A DNA stretch of 64,000 bases from contig JAEZRB010000152.1 in assembly GCA_023412975.1 (NCBI GenBank), positions 998-64,997 of the forward strand. The letters are read 5' to 3'. The DNA is from Bacteroidota bacterium. GTDB taxonomy: Bacteria > Bacteroidota > Bacteroidia > Chitinophagales > Chitinophagaceae. Below, in pieces: positions 39,656 to 50,952 of the stretch; the first letter of the stretch is position 1; each line of letters starts with the position of its first letter. The notes beneath the pieces were generated by a model. The model had not been told where the DNA came from and did no database searches. It saw only the letters and a program-made list of their open reading frames with translations. The position numbers were made by a program, and so were the translations under genes.

Positions 39656-39839
39656 ATCTACTGAATTATATATTTTTTAACAAAAAAATTCCGACTATTT
39701 TTTTTCTTACCCCTATCGAAGGCCGTCAAAACGCTCAAATCGCTGCATGATATTTAAAAAAGGAGCCTGAGAGTTTTCCGCGCTCAGGCTATCTTTTTTA
39801 AATGGTGTTTTACTTCATTCACATTGAATATTCATTCAC

Positions 39840-41639
39840 TTATTGCTTTAGTATCGAATACTTCATCGTCAGGAAATTGACGGTGATCTTATAACTGGCC
39901 GCTTCGCCCGGGCCTGGTGTATTGGATCCTGGCACCGCTCCATCTACCAGCAACGTTCCGCCGGAAGCACTGGTTCCACCATACTTATGATCCCAGCTTC
40001 CATTCACTGGCAGGAACAGGTGCGAGCCCGAACCAGTAAACGGCATGGTAAGCGTAAATTCAGCATTGCTCTGCCTTGTAAATTGCTGCGACGGTACCGG
40101 CACCGGGTTGTCCCAGCCACCGGGGGTAGCATCACCCACAATAAACAGATCATCTGGTACCGAAGCGCCGGTATGTGGCGTGACCGAATATTTCATCGTC
40201 AGGAAGTTGACAACGATCTTGTAAAGACCATCTGCTGCAGGACCCGGTGTATTGGATCCTGGCACTGCTCCATCAACAAGCAGGTCTCCGCCTGTGGCAC
40301 TTGCACCACCAAATTTATGATCCCAGCTGCCATTCTCCGGAAGGAACAGGTAACTGGCTCCTGACTTCAATTCGAGTATCGCACCAAATGTTGTGGCGTC
40401 GATCTTGGTGAATTGTTGCGAAGGCAGCGGTACCGGATTGTTCCATCCGCCCGGAGTAGCATCACCCACTATATATAAATTATCCGGTATGGTCTGGGTA
40501 TAAGGTGTAACCGTATATGTGCCGGTCTGGAAATTCACAATTATTTCGTATAGTCCGCTTGCCGCGGGACCCGGAGTATTGGAACCGGGTACCGCTCCAT
40601 CAGCAAGTAAAGCACCGCCTGTAGCACTGGTACCTCCAAATTTATGATCCCAGCTGCCAGCCACCGGCAGGAACAGATAGCTTCCCCCGGCGGTTAAATT
40701 AATGACAATACCATATGAGACATCATCGATCCGGGTAAACTGTTGCGTGGGTATGATCGAAGCATCATTTGTCCATCCCATCGGTGTTGCGTCACCCACG
40801 ATATAAAAATTATCAGGTATGGGGGTGAAGGTTGTGATATTGATCTTAACCTTATTGGAATTTCCAAGTACCGAGTTGTAGTTGCCACCCAGGTAACTTA
40901 CAATCCTGAATTCCGCATCTTCTGTTGATCCGCCCTGGATACCTGCAGCGATGGCCATCGTGTTCAATTCATTAACGGTAATGCTGGTGTTTAGCGAACT
41001 ACCCAGTTGCTTTACCTGGGGATTGGAAAAATCACCGCCGGCTATATCCATCTGCAAAGCATAATAAATGGTATTGTTGCCATAGGGACTCGCATTCCAG
41101 TCGAACGATATTGCCGTGTTGGTGGCATTGCTAACCTGCAACACCAATGGATCCGTTGAAGAAGCTGTCAACGTTACAGGAACGAGATATGAACTGATCT
41201 CGACTTTTATAGTATTAGAAACAAATTGGTCGTTGTTATTCACATACGATGAAACCAGCCTCACGTCAAAACCAAATGTCTGGCCTGGAGCAAACCCAAA
41301 CCCCGCAAGAATATCATTGAGTTGCTTTCCTGTAAAAGCCATACTGAAGACACCGTTGACAGCCTGTGTGACCTTCTGTGAAAAATTACGGCCGGCAGAA
41401 TCTATTTCAAGCACAAATTTCTGGTTCACCGTATCAGTGGCATATCCCGGATCCGTCCAGGAAAATGTTACCACATTATTCAGCGAGTCGGCTGCCGTGG
41501 GATTGATCGAAACACTCGATGCGGAAAGTGTGACAGGGCTACCGTTATTATAGTAAGGCAACTCCTCGACCTTATGACAAGCTGCGATGAACAGGAGCAT
41601 TCCGGCCAGGGGCAGCAAATAATTTCTTAGTGATTTCAT
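39840..41639 (-). CDS. SusE/SusF-like starch-binding lipoprotein with three tandem CBM-like repeats
   Basis: AAC lipobox; three copies of IVGDATPxGW...GSWDHKxGG...DGAVPGSNTPGP. Confidence 0.88.
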   Translation of the reverse strand: MKSLRNYLLPLAGMLLFIAACHKVEELPYYNNGSPVTLSASSVSINPTAADSLNNVVTFSWTDPGYATDTVNQKFVLEIDSAGRNFSQKVTQAVNGVFSMAFTGKQLNDILAGFGFAPGQTFGFDVRLVSSYVNNNDQFVSNTIKVEISSYLVPVTLTASSTDPLVLQVSNATNTAISFDWNASPYGNNTIYYALQMDIAGGDFSNPQVKQLGSSLNTSITVNELNTMAIAAGIQGGSTEDAEFRIVSYLGGNYNSVLGNSNKVKINITTFTPIPDNFYIVGDATPMGWTNDASIIPTQQFTRIDDVSYGIVINLTAGGSYLFLPVAGSWDHKFGGTSATGGALLADGAVPGSNTPGPAASGLYEIIVNFQTGTYTVTPYTQTIPDNLYIVGDATPGGWNNPVPLPSQQFTKIDATTFGAILELKSGASYLFLPENGSWDHKFGGASATGGDLLVDGAVPGSNTPGPAADGLYKIVVNFLTMKYSVTPHTGASVPDDLFIVGDATPGGWDNPVPVPSQQFTRQSNAEFTLTMPFTGSGSHLFLPVNGSWDHKYGGTSASGGTLLVDGAVPGSNTPGPGEAASYKITVNFLTMKYSILKQ

Positions 41640-41664
41640 AAATTACTTTATGTATAATTTGTAA

Positions 41665-42489
41665 TTATTGTTTTACGATGCTGAAAGTACCAAGCTGAAA
41701 ATTCACCGTAATCTTATACGTTCCGTCATCAGCAGGCACTTTAATATCGCCGCCACCACGCTGGAGCTTGTCACCATCTGGATTATTGCTATTATTAGCT
41801 CCTTCCCATCCATATTTATCACCCCAGTCACCATTAACCGGCAGGAACAGCAGCGACTTGCCACCACTGAGGCTGATCGTTAATTCATAAAGCGTGTTGC
41901 TTACCTTGGTGAACTCCTGGTCGGGAATTGGCACAGGGTTGTTCCATCCTCCTGGTGAAGCGTCTCCGACCAGGAATAGCTGACCGGTTGAAGGCAGCTC
42001 CACCTTAGGTGGGGGTGAAAACGGCCGCGCAGTTAAGGCAACAACATTGGATGTGATCTTTGCTGCGGAACCGATACTGGCAGTAACCCGGAACTCCAGG
42101 TTATAATCTCTCCGCGGATCGAGTTGCAACAACATATCATTACCGAGTATGCCGTTGATCTCGGCAACGGTATATCTCTTTTCCAGGTCTTTGGCAACTA
42201 CAGTAGTGATCTTTCTACTACTATTGAAGTTGGCGCCTGCAGTATCCAACTCAAGTGTGTACACAACATCGTGTGAGCTGACACCAGTTGTAAACTTATA
42301 GTTGGGATTTGTCCAGCTAAGCACCAGTGCTGTATTGTTCTCCAGTCCTGGCTCCAGCGTTAAATTATTCACCGATGCAGTTAAAACAGGCGCTGTTTCC
42401 TCTTCCAGGAATATCTTGTTCTCATCCTTCTTGCAGGAAGCAAGAAGCAACAGGACCGACGAAAACATCAATTGAAAAATATATTTCAT
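41665..42489 (-). CDS. susE: SusE-like lipoprotein
   Basis: ASC lipobox, SusE-type N-domain, LVGDASPGGW module. Confidence 0.85.
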   Translation of the reverse strand: MKYIFQLMFSSVLLLLASCKKDENKIFLEEETAPVLTASVNNLTLEPGLENNTALVLSWTNPNYKFTTGVSSHDVVYTLELDTAGANFNSSRKITTVVAKDLEKRYTVAEINGILGNDMLLQLDPRRDYNLEFRVTASIGSAAKITSNVVALTARPFSPPPKVELPSTGQLFLVGDASPGGWNNPVPIPDQEFTKVSNTLYELTISLSGGKSLLFLPVNGDWGDKYGWEGANNSNNPDGDKLQRGGGDIKVPADDGTYKITVNFQLGTFSIVKQ

Positions 42490-42506
42490 AATAAATTAAT
42501 TACGGG

Positions 42507-44105
42507 TTAATAACCAATATTCTGAACCAGGTTTCTGTTAGCATTGATATCACGTGATGGTATTGGATACAGGTTGCGAATCTGGGATACGCCTGTACCC
42601 GAGCTCACACCACCTTTCCAGGGCCACAGGTAATTGCTTTCCACAAAACGTTTGTATCGGATGAGGTCAGTGCGGCGGAAACCTTCCCAGTATAATTCCC
42701 TGGCTCTTTCATCAAGTATGAAATCGAGGTCGAGCGCGTTCAGCGCAATGTTGCCCGAAGCATTTCCATAAGCGCGGGTGCGAATGGTATTGATATAACC
42801 AAGGGCTGTATTTAAATCACCGCCGGTTCCACCTCTTAGCACAGCTTCGGCATAGATCAGGTACATTTCAGCCAGCCGGAAGATCGGCATGTCCACATCT
42901 GCAAAATCCTGGCTAGATCCATTGCTGCCGTCGCGCTTTACATTTCTAAACTTGGTTACAGCAAGCCCATCGGTGAACGTGGTGATATTGGATATTTCCG
43001 GGTTCTGGTCGGTTGTGTAAAATAAGGCTCTTGAATCTGTGATCGTCGTGAAGGAAGGGTAACCCGGGAACAGCATCGGTAGGTTCTTAGTTGCGCGTGT
43101 CCCGCTCCAGCCACCGGCAATCCCGAAAGATCCCGCTGGCATCGACCCCCCTACGCAGGCATGCGTGAGGAAAGTAGTTCCACCATAACCCTGCGTGTTG
43201 AGGCCATCATAATTGATCGCAAAAATAAACTCGTCGGTATTGAGATGATTGTCGGCACGCATCAGCCAGCTGTAGTTGCTGACCAGGGAATATCCCGCAT
43301 CAATCACCTTTTTAGCGTAGGTAATTGCGTCGGTATATCGTGCTGTGCCCGTGTACACCTCAGCATTGAGATAAAGACGTGCCAGCAGCGACCACACTGC
43401 ACCCTGGTCGGCTCTTCCATATTCATTGCTGCGGGGCGCCGGCATATCCGCTTCGATGGCTTTCAACTCACTTTCGATATAGTCAAATACTTCGCTGCGG
43501 GTGGCCTGCGGTGGAGGCGCTCCGCCAATCTCTGTTTCTTCCGTTGCAAAAGGAGGATTGCCATAAAGATCGGCCAGCACCCAGTATTGAAAAGCCCTCA
43601 GGAATCTTGCTTCACGGGCATACTGCTTGATATTTTCCGCATCAGCTCCTGAGATACCACGATCAGATACTTTATCGTCAGCGGACTGACGGATGAATTC
43701 ATTACACAATGTGATCTGGTAAAGGCAGCGATAATAAAGACCTGTCAGAAAACTATTGTTGGAAGTCCAGTTCATGTTGTGGAAATCCTGGATGCCCACA
43801 TCACCCCAGCTTATTACTGCCTCGTCGGTGCTCAGCACCTGGGCTTTCCAAAATAACCGATAAAAATCTGAGAAGCCTTCATCTATACCCTGCACATCAC
43901 CATTGCCTGCGGGACCCTGGTTGCCGGTGAGTGCAAAGCTTCCATAAACTTTTGCCAGCACCTGCTTGTACCCATCCGCGGTAGCGTATACTGTTTCGGA
44001 TGTCACATCATTGATGGGCGTAAGATCCAGCTTTTTGGTACAGGACTGTATCAATAACAGGCCGGCTACGAGCAGTGAACTGGTTCTTAAAATATTTTTT
44101 GTCAT
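42507..44105 (-). CDS. susD: SusD (starch-type)
   Basis: GNQGPAGNGDVQGIDEG, RLAEMYLIYAEA, DERARELYWEG. Confidence 0.95.
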   Translation of the reverse strand: MTKNILRTSSLLVAGLLLIQSCTKKLDLTPINDVTSETVYATADGYKQVLAKVYGSFALTGNQGPAGNGDVQGIDEGFSDFYRLFWKAQVLSTDEAVISWGDVGIQDFHNMNWTSNNSFLTGLYYRCLYQITLCNEFIRQSADDKVSDRGISGADAENIKQYAREARFLRAFQYWVLADLYGNPPFATEETEIGGAPPPQATRSEVFDYIESELKAIEADMPAPRSNEYGRADQGAVWSLLARLYLNAEVYTGTARYTDAITYAKKVIDAGYSLVSNYSWLMRADNHLNTDEFIFAINYDGLNTQGYGGTTFLTHACVGGSMPAGSFGIAGGWSGTRATKNLPMLFPGYPSFTTITDSRALFYTTDQNPEISNITTFTDGLAVTKFRNVKRDGSNGSSQDFADVDMPIFRLAEMYLIYAEAVLRGGTGGDLNTALGYINTIRTRAYGNASGNIALNALDLDFILDERARELYWEGFRRTDLIRYKRFVESNYLWPWKGGVSSGTGVSQIRNLYPIPSRDINANRNLVQNIGY

Positions 44106-44132
44106 ACAGTTTATTTTAAGCAATTCGTTGGA

Positions 44133-47100
44133 TTAAAAATCTAAGTTGAGACCCAGGGCGAAGATCCTCGGCCTTGGATAAAAATTATTGTCGATACCGC
44201 CATACACTTCCGGATCCACTCCTTTGTACTTCGTGATCACAAATACATTTTGCACATTGGCCGTGATCCTCAGGTTTGTGTTCTTCCTGATCAGATCTCC
44301 GGCGTTGTACCCGATATTGAAGTAATCCATACGCAGGAAAGAGGCGTTTTCAATAAAATAGTCCGACAAAAAGTAACGGTCCCCATTTCCACTGAAATCT
44401 GTTTCCAGGACATTTCTTGTACCATTGGCCAGGTAACCAAGCGGGTCGATGATGTTACGTTGTGTACCGGTATTGGAGAACCTGTTATTATAGAGGTAGT
44501 TTCCAAAATTCGCCCGAAGGGAAAATCCGGCGCTCCATTTTTTCCAGTTTACATTCGAGTAAGCACCCATAAATACATCGGGATCGGGCGCTTTATACCT
44601 GTACAGGTCGTCAACATTTACAAGCCCATCGCGGTTCCTGTCCTCAAACAGGTCTTCGATCGGTTTACCATCCTTGCCATAGATCTGCTGGTATACATAG
44701 AATGAGCTTTTGGGATAACCAACTGTATGGATCTGGATGGTACTACCCACACCCCCTGCGATGCCGCCCACTAGGTTGCCGGGGAAACTGGGATCGTTTA
44801 CAAATGTGAGCCTGGTGATCTCGTTCTCGTTGTAGGTCACGTTGAAACCAAGGTCCCAAACGAGGTCATTGTTGCGAACCGGCTGGGTGTTGATGGAAAA
44901 TTCAACACCCTTGTTTTCCATGTTACCGATATTAGCCAGGATCTTATTGGAGAAATTGGTGCCCGCCGACTGGTCGATCACGCTCAGCAGATCTGTTGTC
45001 TTTTTCAGGTAAAAATCTATCGAACCACTAATACGGTTGTTAAGAAACCCAAAGTCAAGACCTACGTTATAGGTCTCAGTTTCTTCCCATTTCAGGTTGG
45101 GGTTATAACCTGCAGGTCTGTACATTTCATAGTAGGTGCTGCCAAACTGGTAACGGGCTTGGGCATTTGCCAGTGAATAACGGGGAATATAATCGTAATT
45201 GGCAATTCCATCCTGCTGACCTGTGACTCCATAACCAAGTCTCAGCTTAAGATCACTGATCACTCTTGAATTCCTAAGTCCACCTTCTTCACTGATCCTC
45301 CAAGCAAATGCACCGGAGGGGAACAGGCCCCAGCGGTTATCTTCAGAGAAACGCGAAGAACCATCGCGGCGAAGTGTACCGGTAAAAAGATATTTTCCAT
45401 TCAGGGTGAAATTCAAACGGCCAAAAAATGAGATCAGCCTGTTTTGTTGTTCATCGAAACGGAAGGTCGGCGAACTGATCAGCGTGCCATCGGTCGTGTA
45501 ATCAGAGTAGGGTGTCCATCTCTTGCCATCTGCAGATGTCAACACACCGTTGGGATCGAGTTTGCCATTATAGTTGGTCGTGAGAAAATCCTGGTAAGAA
45601 TAACCAGCCATCACATCGATGCGGCTTTTTATCGAGCTGATCTCTTTGGCATAGTTCAGGTACGCTTCCAGGATCTGGTTCGACTTGGTCTGGCGATAGC
45701 GATTGTTCACGCCTCCATGTTGTCCATCAGGCGAACGTAAATAAGATGAAGCTGCACTATCGGGAATCACCACTCTTCCTTTTCCTTCGGACATATCATA
45801 ACCCAGGTTAAGATTTACCCGCAGATCGGGGAAAAAATGAAGTTTATAATCGAACTGCACATTACCTATACTTCTAACCACATCACTTTTATCATTACGC
45901 TGTTCGAGCAGTCCCACCGGGTTGAGTGGCGACAGGTCTTTCAAACCTGTAGTAGAAGCAGGGTCCAGCCATTCAAAAAATCCGCCGAACCTTTTTCCGG
46001 CCGAATATACTGGCTTGGTGGGATCAAAACGAACGGCGTTACCGATCGCGCCTTCATCAGCAAATTTTGAATGACTGAGCGTACCCTTCAGGTTGACATC
46101 AATCTTGAGGTGATCATCAAACAACCTTGGGCTTACGGAAACAGCCGCCGAGGTCCGGTTTAGATTTCCTGTTCTGAGAATACCGTCCTGGCTCATATAT
46201 CCTAGCGAAACACGGTAGGGCATATTTTTCATGGAGCCGGATACACTCAGGTTATTATCTGTTGTGAAAGAGGCATCATAAATTTCATCCTGCCAGTCGG
46301 TACTTTCATTTCCCAGCAGGGCGATCTGGGCTTGTGTGCCATGAGACTGAACATATTCCCTGAACTCGTCCGCAGTAAGCACGTCAGCCTTTTTAGGCAA
46401 AGTAGATACTGAGTTCTGCGTATTGAAATTGAATTTGGGGCGACCGCTTTTTCCTTTTTTGGTGGTGATGATAATCACGCCGTTGGAAGCGCGGGAACCA
46501 TAGATAGCCGTTGCTGACGCGTCTTTTAAAATATTGAAAGACTCAATATCGTTGGGGTTGATCATCGCCAGCGCGTTAGCTGTACCCGAGATGCCGCCAT
46601 TATCTACCGGCACTCCATCGATCACAATCAGCGGATCATTGCTGGCATTGAGTGAAGCACCACCGCGGATCCGGATCGTACTACCGGCACCCGGGGCACC
46701 ACCATTCGACACGATCTGCACACCAGCCACCTTACCAGCTATCAGCTGTTCAGGTGTAGTGATCGTGCCCTTGTTGAAATCTCTTTCTGTAATCGACGTC
46801 ACCGAACCGGTCAGGTCTTTTTTCAATCTTGTACCATAACCGATCACAACTACTTCATTAAGCGAGGCGACATCGCCGGCCATTACAACATTAATGGTGG
46901 TTTGTCCAGTAATATCTACTTCCTGGGTAGCAAATCCTACCGATGAAAATATCAGTGTAGTTACCGTAGTTGGGACAGTGAGTTGGTACATACCGTCGTT
47001 GTTGGTAACTGTTCCCGTGACACCACCCTTGGGGGTGACACTCACGCCCGCGAGCAATGAGCCATTCTTAGAATCAGTCACCGTTCCGGTAATCACTTTG

Positions 47101-47177
47101 TTTTGGGAGAAAGACGCATGCGAGACAAGTACCAATGTACATAGCACAAATGCCTTCAGCAGCTTTTGGCGGGTCAT
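44133..47177 (-). CDS. susC: SusC (starch-type)
   Basis: GGASLNASNDPL, LKDASATAIYGSRASNGV, NPNLKWE, IDNNFYPRPR. Confidence 0.96.
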   Translation of the reverse strand: MTRQKLLKAFVLCTLVLVSHASFSQNKVITGTVTDSKNGSLLAGVSVTPKGGVTGTVTNNDGMYQLTVPTTVTTLIFSSVGFATQEVDITGQTTINVVMAGDVASLNEVVVIGYGTRLKKDLTGSVTSITERDFNKGTITTPEQLIAGKVAGVQIVSNGGAPGAGSTIRIRGGASLNASNDPLIVIDGVPVDNGGISGTANALAMINPNDIESFNILKDASATAIYGSRASNGVIIITTKKGKSGRPKFNFNTQNSVSTLPKKADVLTADEFREYVQSHGTQAQIALLGNESTDWQDEIYDASFTTDNNLSVSGSMKNMPYRVSLGYMSQDGILRTGNLNRTSAAVSVSPRLFDDHLKIDVNLKGTLSHSKFADEGAIGNAVRFDPTKPVYSAGKRFGGFFEWLDPASTTGLKDLSPLNPVGLLEQRNDKSDVVRSIGNVQFDYKLHFFPDLRVNLNLGYDMSEGKGRVVIPDSAASSYLRSPDGQHGGVNNRYRQTKSNQILEAYLNYAKEISSIKSRIDVMAGYSYQDFLTTNYNGKLDPNGVLTSADGKRWTPYSDYTTDGTLISSPTFRFDEQQNRLISFFGRLNFTLNGKYLFTGTLRRDGSSRFSEDNRWGLFPSGAFAWRISEEGGLRNSRVISDLKLRLGYGVTGQQDGIANYDYIPRYSLANAQARYQFGSTYYEMYRPAGYNPNLKWEETETYNVGLDFGFLNNRISGSIDFYLKKTTDLLSVIDQSAGTNFSNKILANIGNMENKGVEFSINTQPVRNNDLVWDLGFNVTYNENEITRLTFVNDPSFPGNLVGGIAGGVGSTIQIHTVGYPKSSFYVYQQIYGKDGKPIEDLFEDRNRDGLVNVDDLYRYKAPDPDVFMGAYSNVNWKKWSAGFSLRANFGNYLYNNRFSNTGTQRNIIDPLGYLANGTRNVLETDFSGNGDRYFLSDYFIENASFLRMDYFNIGYNAGDLIRKNTNLRITANVQNVFVITKYKGVDPEVYGGIDNNFYPRPRIFALGLNLDF

Positions 47178-47225
47178 AAGCAATCGTTGTTAGTTAAGCA
47201 AATCAGTTTTTTCCAAAATACACAA

Positions 47226-47242
47226 TGTGTATTAAGAACACA
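47226..47242. promoter_or_regulatory. NrtR-type operator upstream of starch susC
   Basis: TGTGT-ATTAAGA-ACACA. Confidence 0.75.
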
Positions 47243-47296
47243 ATGTTAGTGCATTTTTAATTCAGACAAAAATTAATTTATTCTTTTTCGTCATTA

Positions 47297-48031
47297 TCAA
47301 GACAGCACACGACCACGTGAAGCTGCGTTGCGGCGCCCGGCTTTTGATCTGTAAACGGACTTGAGCGAGTAAAGTTTGCCTGGCCGGTGCCTTACATCTT
47401 CTTCCATTTCATTAAGATCAATTAACCAGTCTTTTATGGCAATTTTTTTTCTGAAATTCCTGCGATCGAGCTCGGTGTTGAGTATGGCCTCATATAGTTC
47501 CTGGAGTTCCCGTAGCGAGAATTTCTCAGGTAAGAGATTGAATATCACCGGGTGATCCATAACCTGGTCGCGAAGGCGCTGGAGGCAGGTATCGAGGATC
47601 ATTTTATGATCGAATGCCAGTTTGCGGATAGAACGAACCGGTTGCCATTGCAACTCATTGTTATTTACCCGCAATTTCTGGTGCTTGGCATCGATCAGTG
47701 AGTAATAGGCTGTCGTGATGACCCTCCCTGAAGGGTGGCGGTTCAGGCTTCCAAATGTATGCACCTGCTCGAGGTAAACATCATCCATCCCTGTACGCTG
47801 ACGCAGGATACGATAGGAAGCGCTGTCGAGATCTTCATCGGGTCTTACCAGGTCGCCAAGCAGGGAATACAACCCTGAAAACTCTTCAAGGTCAGATTTT
47901 ATCAGTAAAACTTTAAGCTCTTTTTCGTCGTAACAAAAAATCACACAGTCAACCGAAATGGCGATGTTGAAATAGTCGAGGTGACTTATTTTTTCTAATT
48001 CGGCCGTCTTCAGATTTGTCGCTTTTGCCAT
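47297..48031 (-). CDS. NrtR-family regulator (Nudix + wHTH)
   Basis: SVDCVIF, YLEQVHTFG, LAFDH, LPEKFSL, DRRNFRKK, RPGKLY. Confidence 0.92.
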   Translation of the reverse strand: MAKATNLKTAELEKISHLDYFNIAISVDCVIFCYDEKELKVLLIKSDLEEFSGLYSLLGDLVRPDEDLDSASYRILRQRTGMDDVYLEQVHTFGSLNRHPSGRVITTAYYSLIDAKHQKLRVNNNELQWQPVRSIRKLAFDHKMILDTCLQRLRDQVMDHPVIFNLLPEKFSLRELQELYEAILNTELDRRNFRKKIAIKDWLIDLNEMEEDVRHRPGKLYSLKSVYRSKAGRRNAASRGRVLS

Positions 48032-48042
48032 GCTCTTTAAAA

Positions 48043-50925
48043 TTAAGGGACTAAAATCCTAACCAACCCGGCTTCGCCTTTTGACTGCACACGAATCAGG
48101 TAGATCCCGGCGGGCAAATTATTGATTTTATCAGTAAGTGAAACCTGGTTTCTCCCTTTTGTCATCAAACCCGAATAAATTCTGCCCAGTTGCTGACCGG
48201 TAGTATTAATGAGATTCATCTCCGTGTAAGCAGTTTCGGGTATTTCGATCATTAGTGTGGAACTGCCCGAAACGGGGTTTGGATTTACTGAAACCTTCAG
48301 TGTATAGGTGGGTGTTGGTGTATCATTCAACCCGGTAGTGATCGTATTTACGATATTCTTGTCGAAATAAATCCGGTATTCACCCGGACGCAGGTTAAGG
48401 TTTTGCGCGCTGCCTGTGGCCGTGATCGTTTCTCCGGTCAGGTAATCGTACCAAACTCCTGCAGATTGGAAAGTTGCGGAGAAAGTTCTTTGCACTACGT
48501 CAAAATTTGCAACGATATAGGCACTCAGGTTGGGTTCTGAAATTCTGAAATATTTAACGGCACCCGTCAGGTCGTACTGGAAATTGGTACTGTTGAAAAG
48601 ATCCGTTTGAGTTTTCCGTAATTTGATCAGGGCGGCTGTCACTTCAAAAAGCCTTCGCCTGTACTCTTCCTGCATATACTGCCAACGGGGCTCTTTCGGG
48701 GTAAGTTTACAAATATCTGTTGGAGGCACAGTATTGTCGGGGCAGGCAAAAATTGACTTATCATACCCTCTTTCTCCAAATTGCCAGATCATCTTGGGGC
48801 CAGGTATGGTCAGAAAAAGCGCATTGGCAGCTTCCATCCGCTTTAATGCAGTCGTTTCATTTTTGACACTGTAGCCAGTCGCTGAATTGCCATAAGTAAG
48901 GTTTTTGTACATCAGCCTTTCTTCGTCATGACTTTCCATATATCCCACCAGGTGCGGATTTGTAAATCCTCTTTCATTGCTGTTGTACACGATGGAAGAT
49001 ATATTGGATTTATTGGCATCATGATAGCCCATGGTCGCTTCATTGTATGCATGGTTTAACCCGGCGCCACTCCAAAGTAAAAAACCCTGGCTTTGCAATT
49101 CCTGTTCTTCATCTTTTGCGGCAAGGTGTTCGAGTATTAGGTATGTATCCGGATGATATTTGTATATGGTGTCCGCATAGTTCTTTAAAATGTCAATCCG
49201 GCTTTGATCGTACGCGCTGAACTGACCATCATTCGAAGAAGGTTTTTGTGTAAGCCCTTTTGTAAAATCAAGGCGGTAACCATCGATCTTGTATTCCTTT
49301 AACCAATGATCAAATACGCGATGCCAGTAGTATTTGGTAACGGCTTTTTCGTGGTTAAAATCCTGGCCGAAACCAAACGCGTGCGGTTGTACTTCATTAA
49401 ACCAGGGATTATTAGCCGCCGGACGGTTCTGGGCGCTGTTCCAGTACAATTGCGCCAGCGGACTTTGTCCATAACTATGGTTGGGCACCATATCCAGGAT
49501 CACCGCGATCTGTTTCTGGTGACAGGAATCGATAAATTCCTTCAGTTTGTTTTTGGTCCCATAATATTTATCCGGCGCGAAATAAAATGAAGGGTTATAT
49601 CCCCAGCTATCATTGCCCTCGAATTCATTCACCGGCATCAGTTCAATTGCATTGATACCTAAACGCTGGAGGTAACTCAGGGTATCGATCACTGTCTGCC
49701 AATTGTGTGCGTTGGTAAAATCACGCATCAGCATTTCATAGATGATCAGGTTTCGCTTATCAGGTTTGGTAAAGGAAGTATTCCGCCAATTATATCCAGG
49801 TGCATTTGTCTGAACCACCGATACATTACCAGTAGTAAGTCCTGAAGGATAACCCTTCAGGTTGGGATAAGTAGTGGCACTGATGTACTGGTCGTCGGGA
49901 GAAAGTATTTTCTCTGAATAAGGATCTGCTATCTTAAGGGTCCCATCGACCAGGTATTGAAAAACGTATTCCTGTCCAGGTGTCAGTCCGGTAAAGTTCA
50001 GCCACCAGTAATTCCCATCCGGCGTTTTGTTCATTTGGAATTGTGACTGTTCTGTCCAGCTATTGCCGGCCAGTTCACCAATCACGGAAATACGGCTTTT
50101 ACCTGGCGCATAAAGTACTAGTGTCAGTTCTGTATTGTTAGGATTATAGTTAATCCCATCTACGACGCCTGCTGGCAACGGTGCTGTGTTGACAGCTCCT
50201 GCGACAAAAAATTTGATGGAATCTTTAATGATCTCTGATCCGTCAACCGCTTCGGCATATATCGTTGTGTTCCCCCCGGTGGTGATAACGGGGTTGGCGG
50301 AAATAGTAGTGGCAGATGCGGCAGTCTGAATCAGCGTTCCGTTCAGGTAAAGATTCAGGGTAGCAGGTTTATTGGAAACTGCGGTAAGTGAAATATTATC
50401 ACCGACAGCTTTTGAGATCGTCTCCGGCTCAGGAGTGTGCTTTGGCTGAAACGGCGGCGTGGTAAATCGTACTGCGATATCATCATCGTACACGGGCACA
50501 TACATATCACTTCCATCTGTATTGGCCTGTTTTTGCTGGCCATTCCCATTGCGAAACAGGATAGCGATCTTATAAATCGTTTCACCTGCTGGTACATTAA
50601 AATAATTGCGGAGATTGTTGATGGTAAAACTGTATTTATTGCTACCCAGTGATGTCGCCTTTGAAGCAGGCAATGTGCCGGGCCAATCGAATGGGGCATA
50701 TTTCCAGTCACCCGGATTTGAACTTGCACTGGTGATTAGACCAATATGAACAAACACATCGTTGGGATTGGAATAATTAAACAGACCCTGGTTGCCTTTG
50801 CTTGCATCCACCGTGATCGTTACGTTATCATTTTCCTTCGGGAATGCCGGTGTCCAGGTCAGGAGTTGGCCATACAACACAGAAGTAAATAGCAGGCAGC
50901 TAAGAATTGGCAGCAGTCGTTTCAT
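48043..50925 (-). CDS. GH13 alpha-amylase/pullulanase-like enzyme with T9SS CTD
   Basis: IELMPVNEF, WGYNP, DGYRLDFTKG, ESHDEER; CTD ending LPAGIYLIRV. Confidence 0.92.
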   Translation of the reverse strand: MKRLLPILSCLLFTSVLYGQLLTWTPAFPKENDNVTITVDASKGNQGLFNYSNPNDVFVHIGLITSASSNPGDWKYAPFDWPGTLPASKATSLGSNKYSFTINNLRNYFNVPAGETIYKIAILFRNGNGQQKQANTDGSDMYVPVYDDDIAVRFTTPPFQPKHTPEPETISKAVGDNISLTAVSNKPATLNLYLNGTLIQTAASATTISANPVITTGGNTTIYAEAVDGSEIIKDSIKFFVAGAVNTAPLPAGVVDGINYNPNNTELTLVLYAPGKSRISVIGELAGNSWTEQSQFQMNKTPDGNYWWLNFTGLTPGQEYVFQYLVDGTLKIADPYSEKILSPDDQYISATTYPNLKGYPSGLTTGNVSVVQTNAPGYNWRNTSFTKPDKRNLIIYEMLMRDFTNAHNWQTVIDTLSYLQRLGINAIELMPVNEFEGNDSWGYNPSFYFAPDKYYGTKNKLKEFIDSCHQKQIAVILDMVPNHSYGQSPLAQLYWNSAQNRPAANNPWFNEVQPHAFGFGQDFNHEKAVTKYYWHRVFDHWLKEYKIDGYRLDFTKGLTQKPSSNDGQFSAYDQSRIDILKNYADTIYKYHPDTYLILEHLAAKDEEQELQSQGFLLWSGAGLNHAYNEATMGYHDANKSNISSIVYNSNERGFTNPHLVGYMESHDEERLMYKNLTYGNSATGYSVKNETTALKRMEAANALFLTIPGPKMIWQFGERGYDKSIFACPDNTVPPTDICKLTPKEPRWQYMQEEYRRRLFEVTAALIKLRKTQTDLFNSTNFQYDLTGAVKYFRISEPNLSAYIVANFDVVQRTFSATFQSAGVWYDYLTGETITATGSAQNLNLRPGEYRIYFDKNIVNTITTGLNDTPTPTYTLKVSVNPNPVSGSSTLMIEIPETAYTEMNLINTTGQQLGRIYSGLMTKGRNQVSLTDKINNLPAGIYLIRVQSKGEAGLVRILVP

Positions 50926-50952
50926 CCGAGATTCTTTAACCGAAGATACAAA

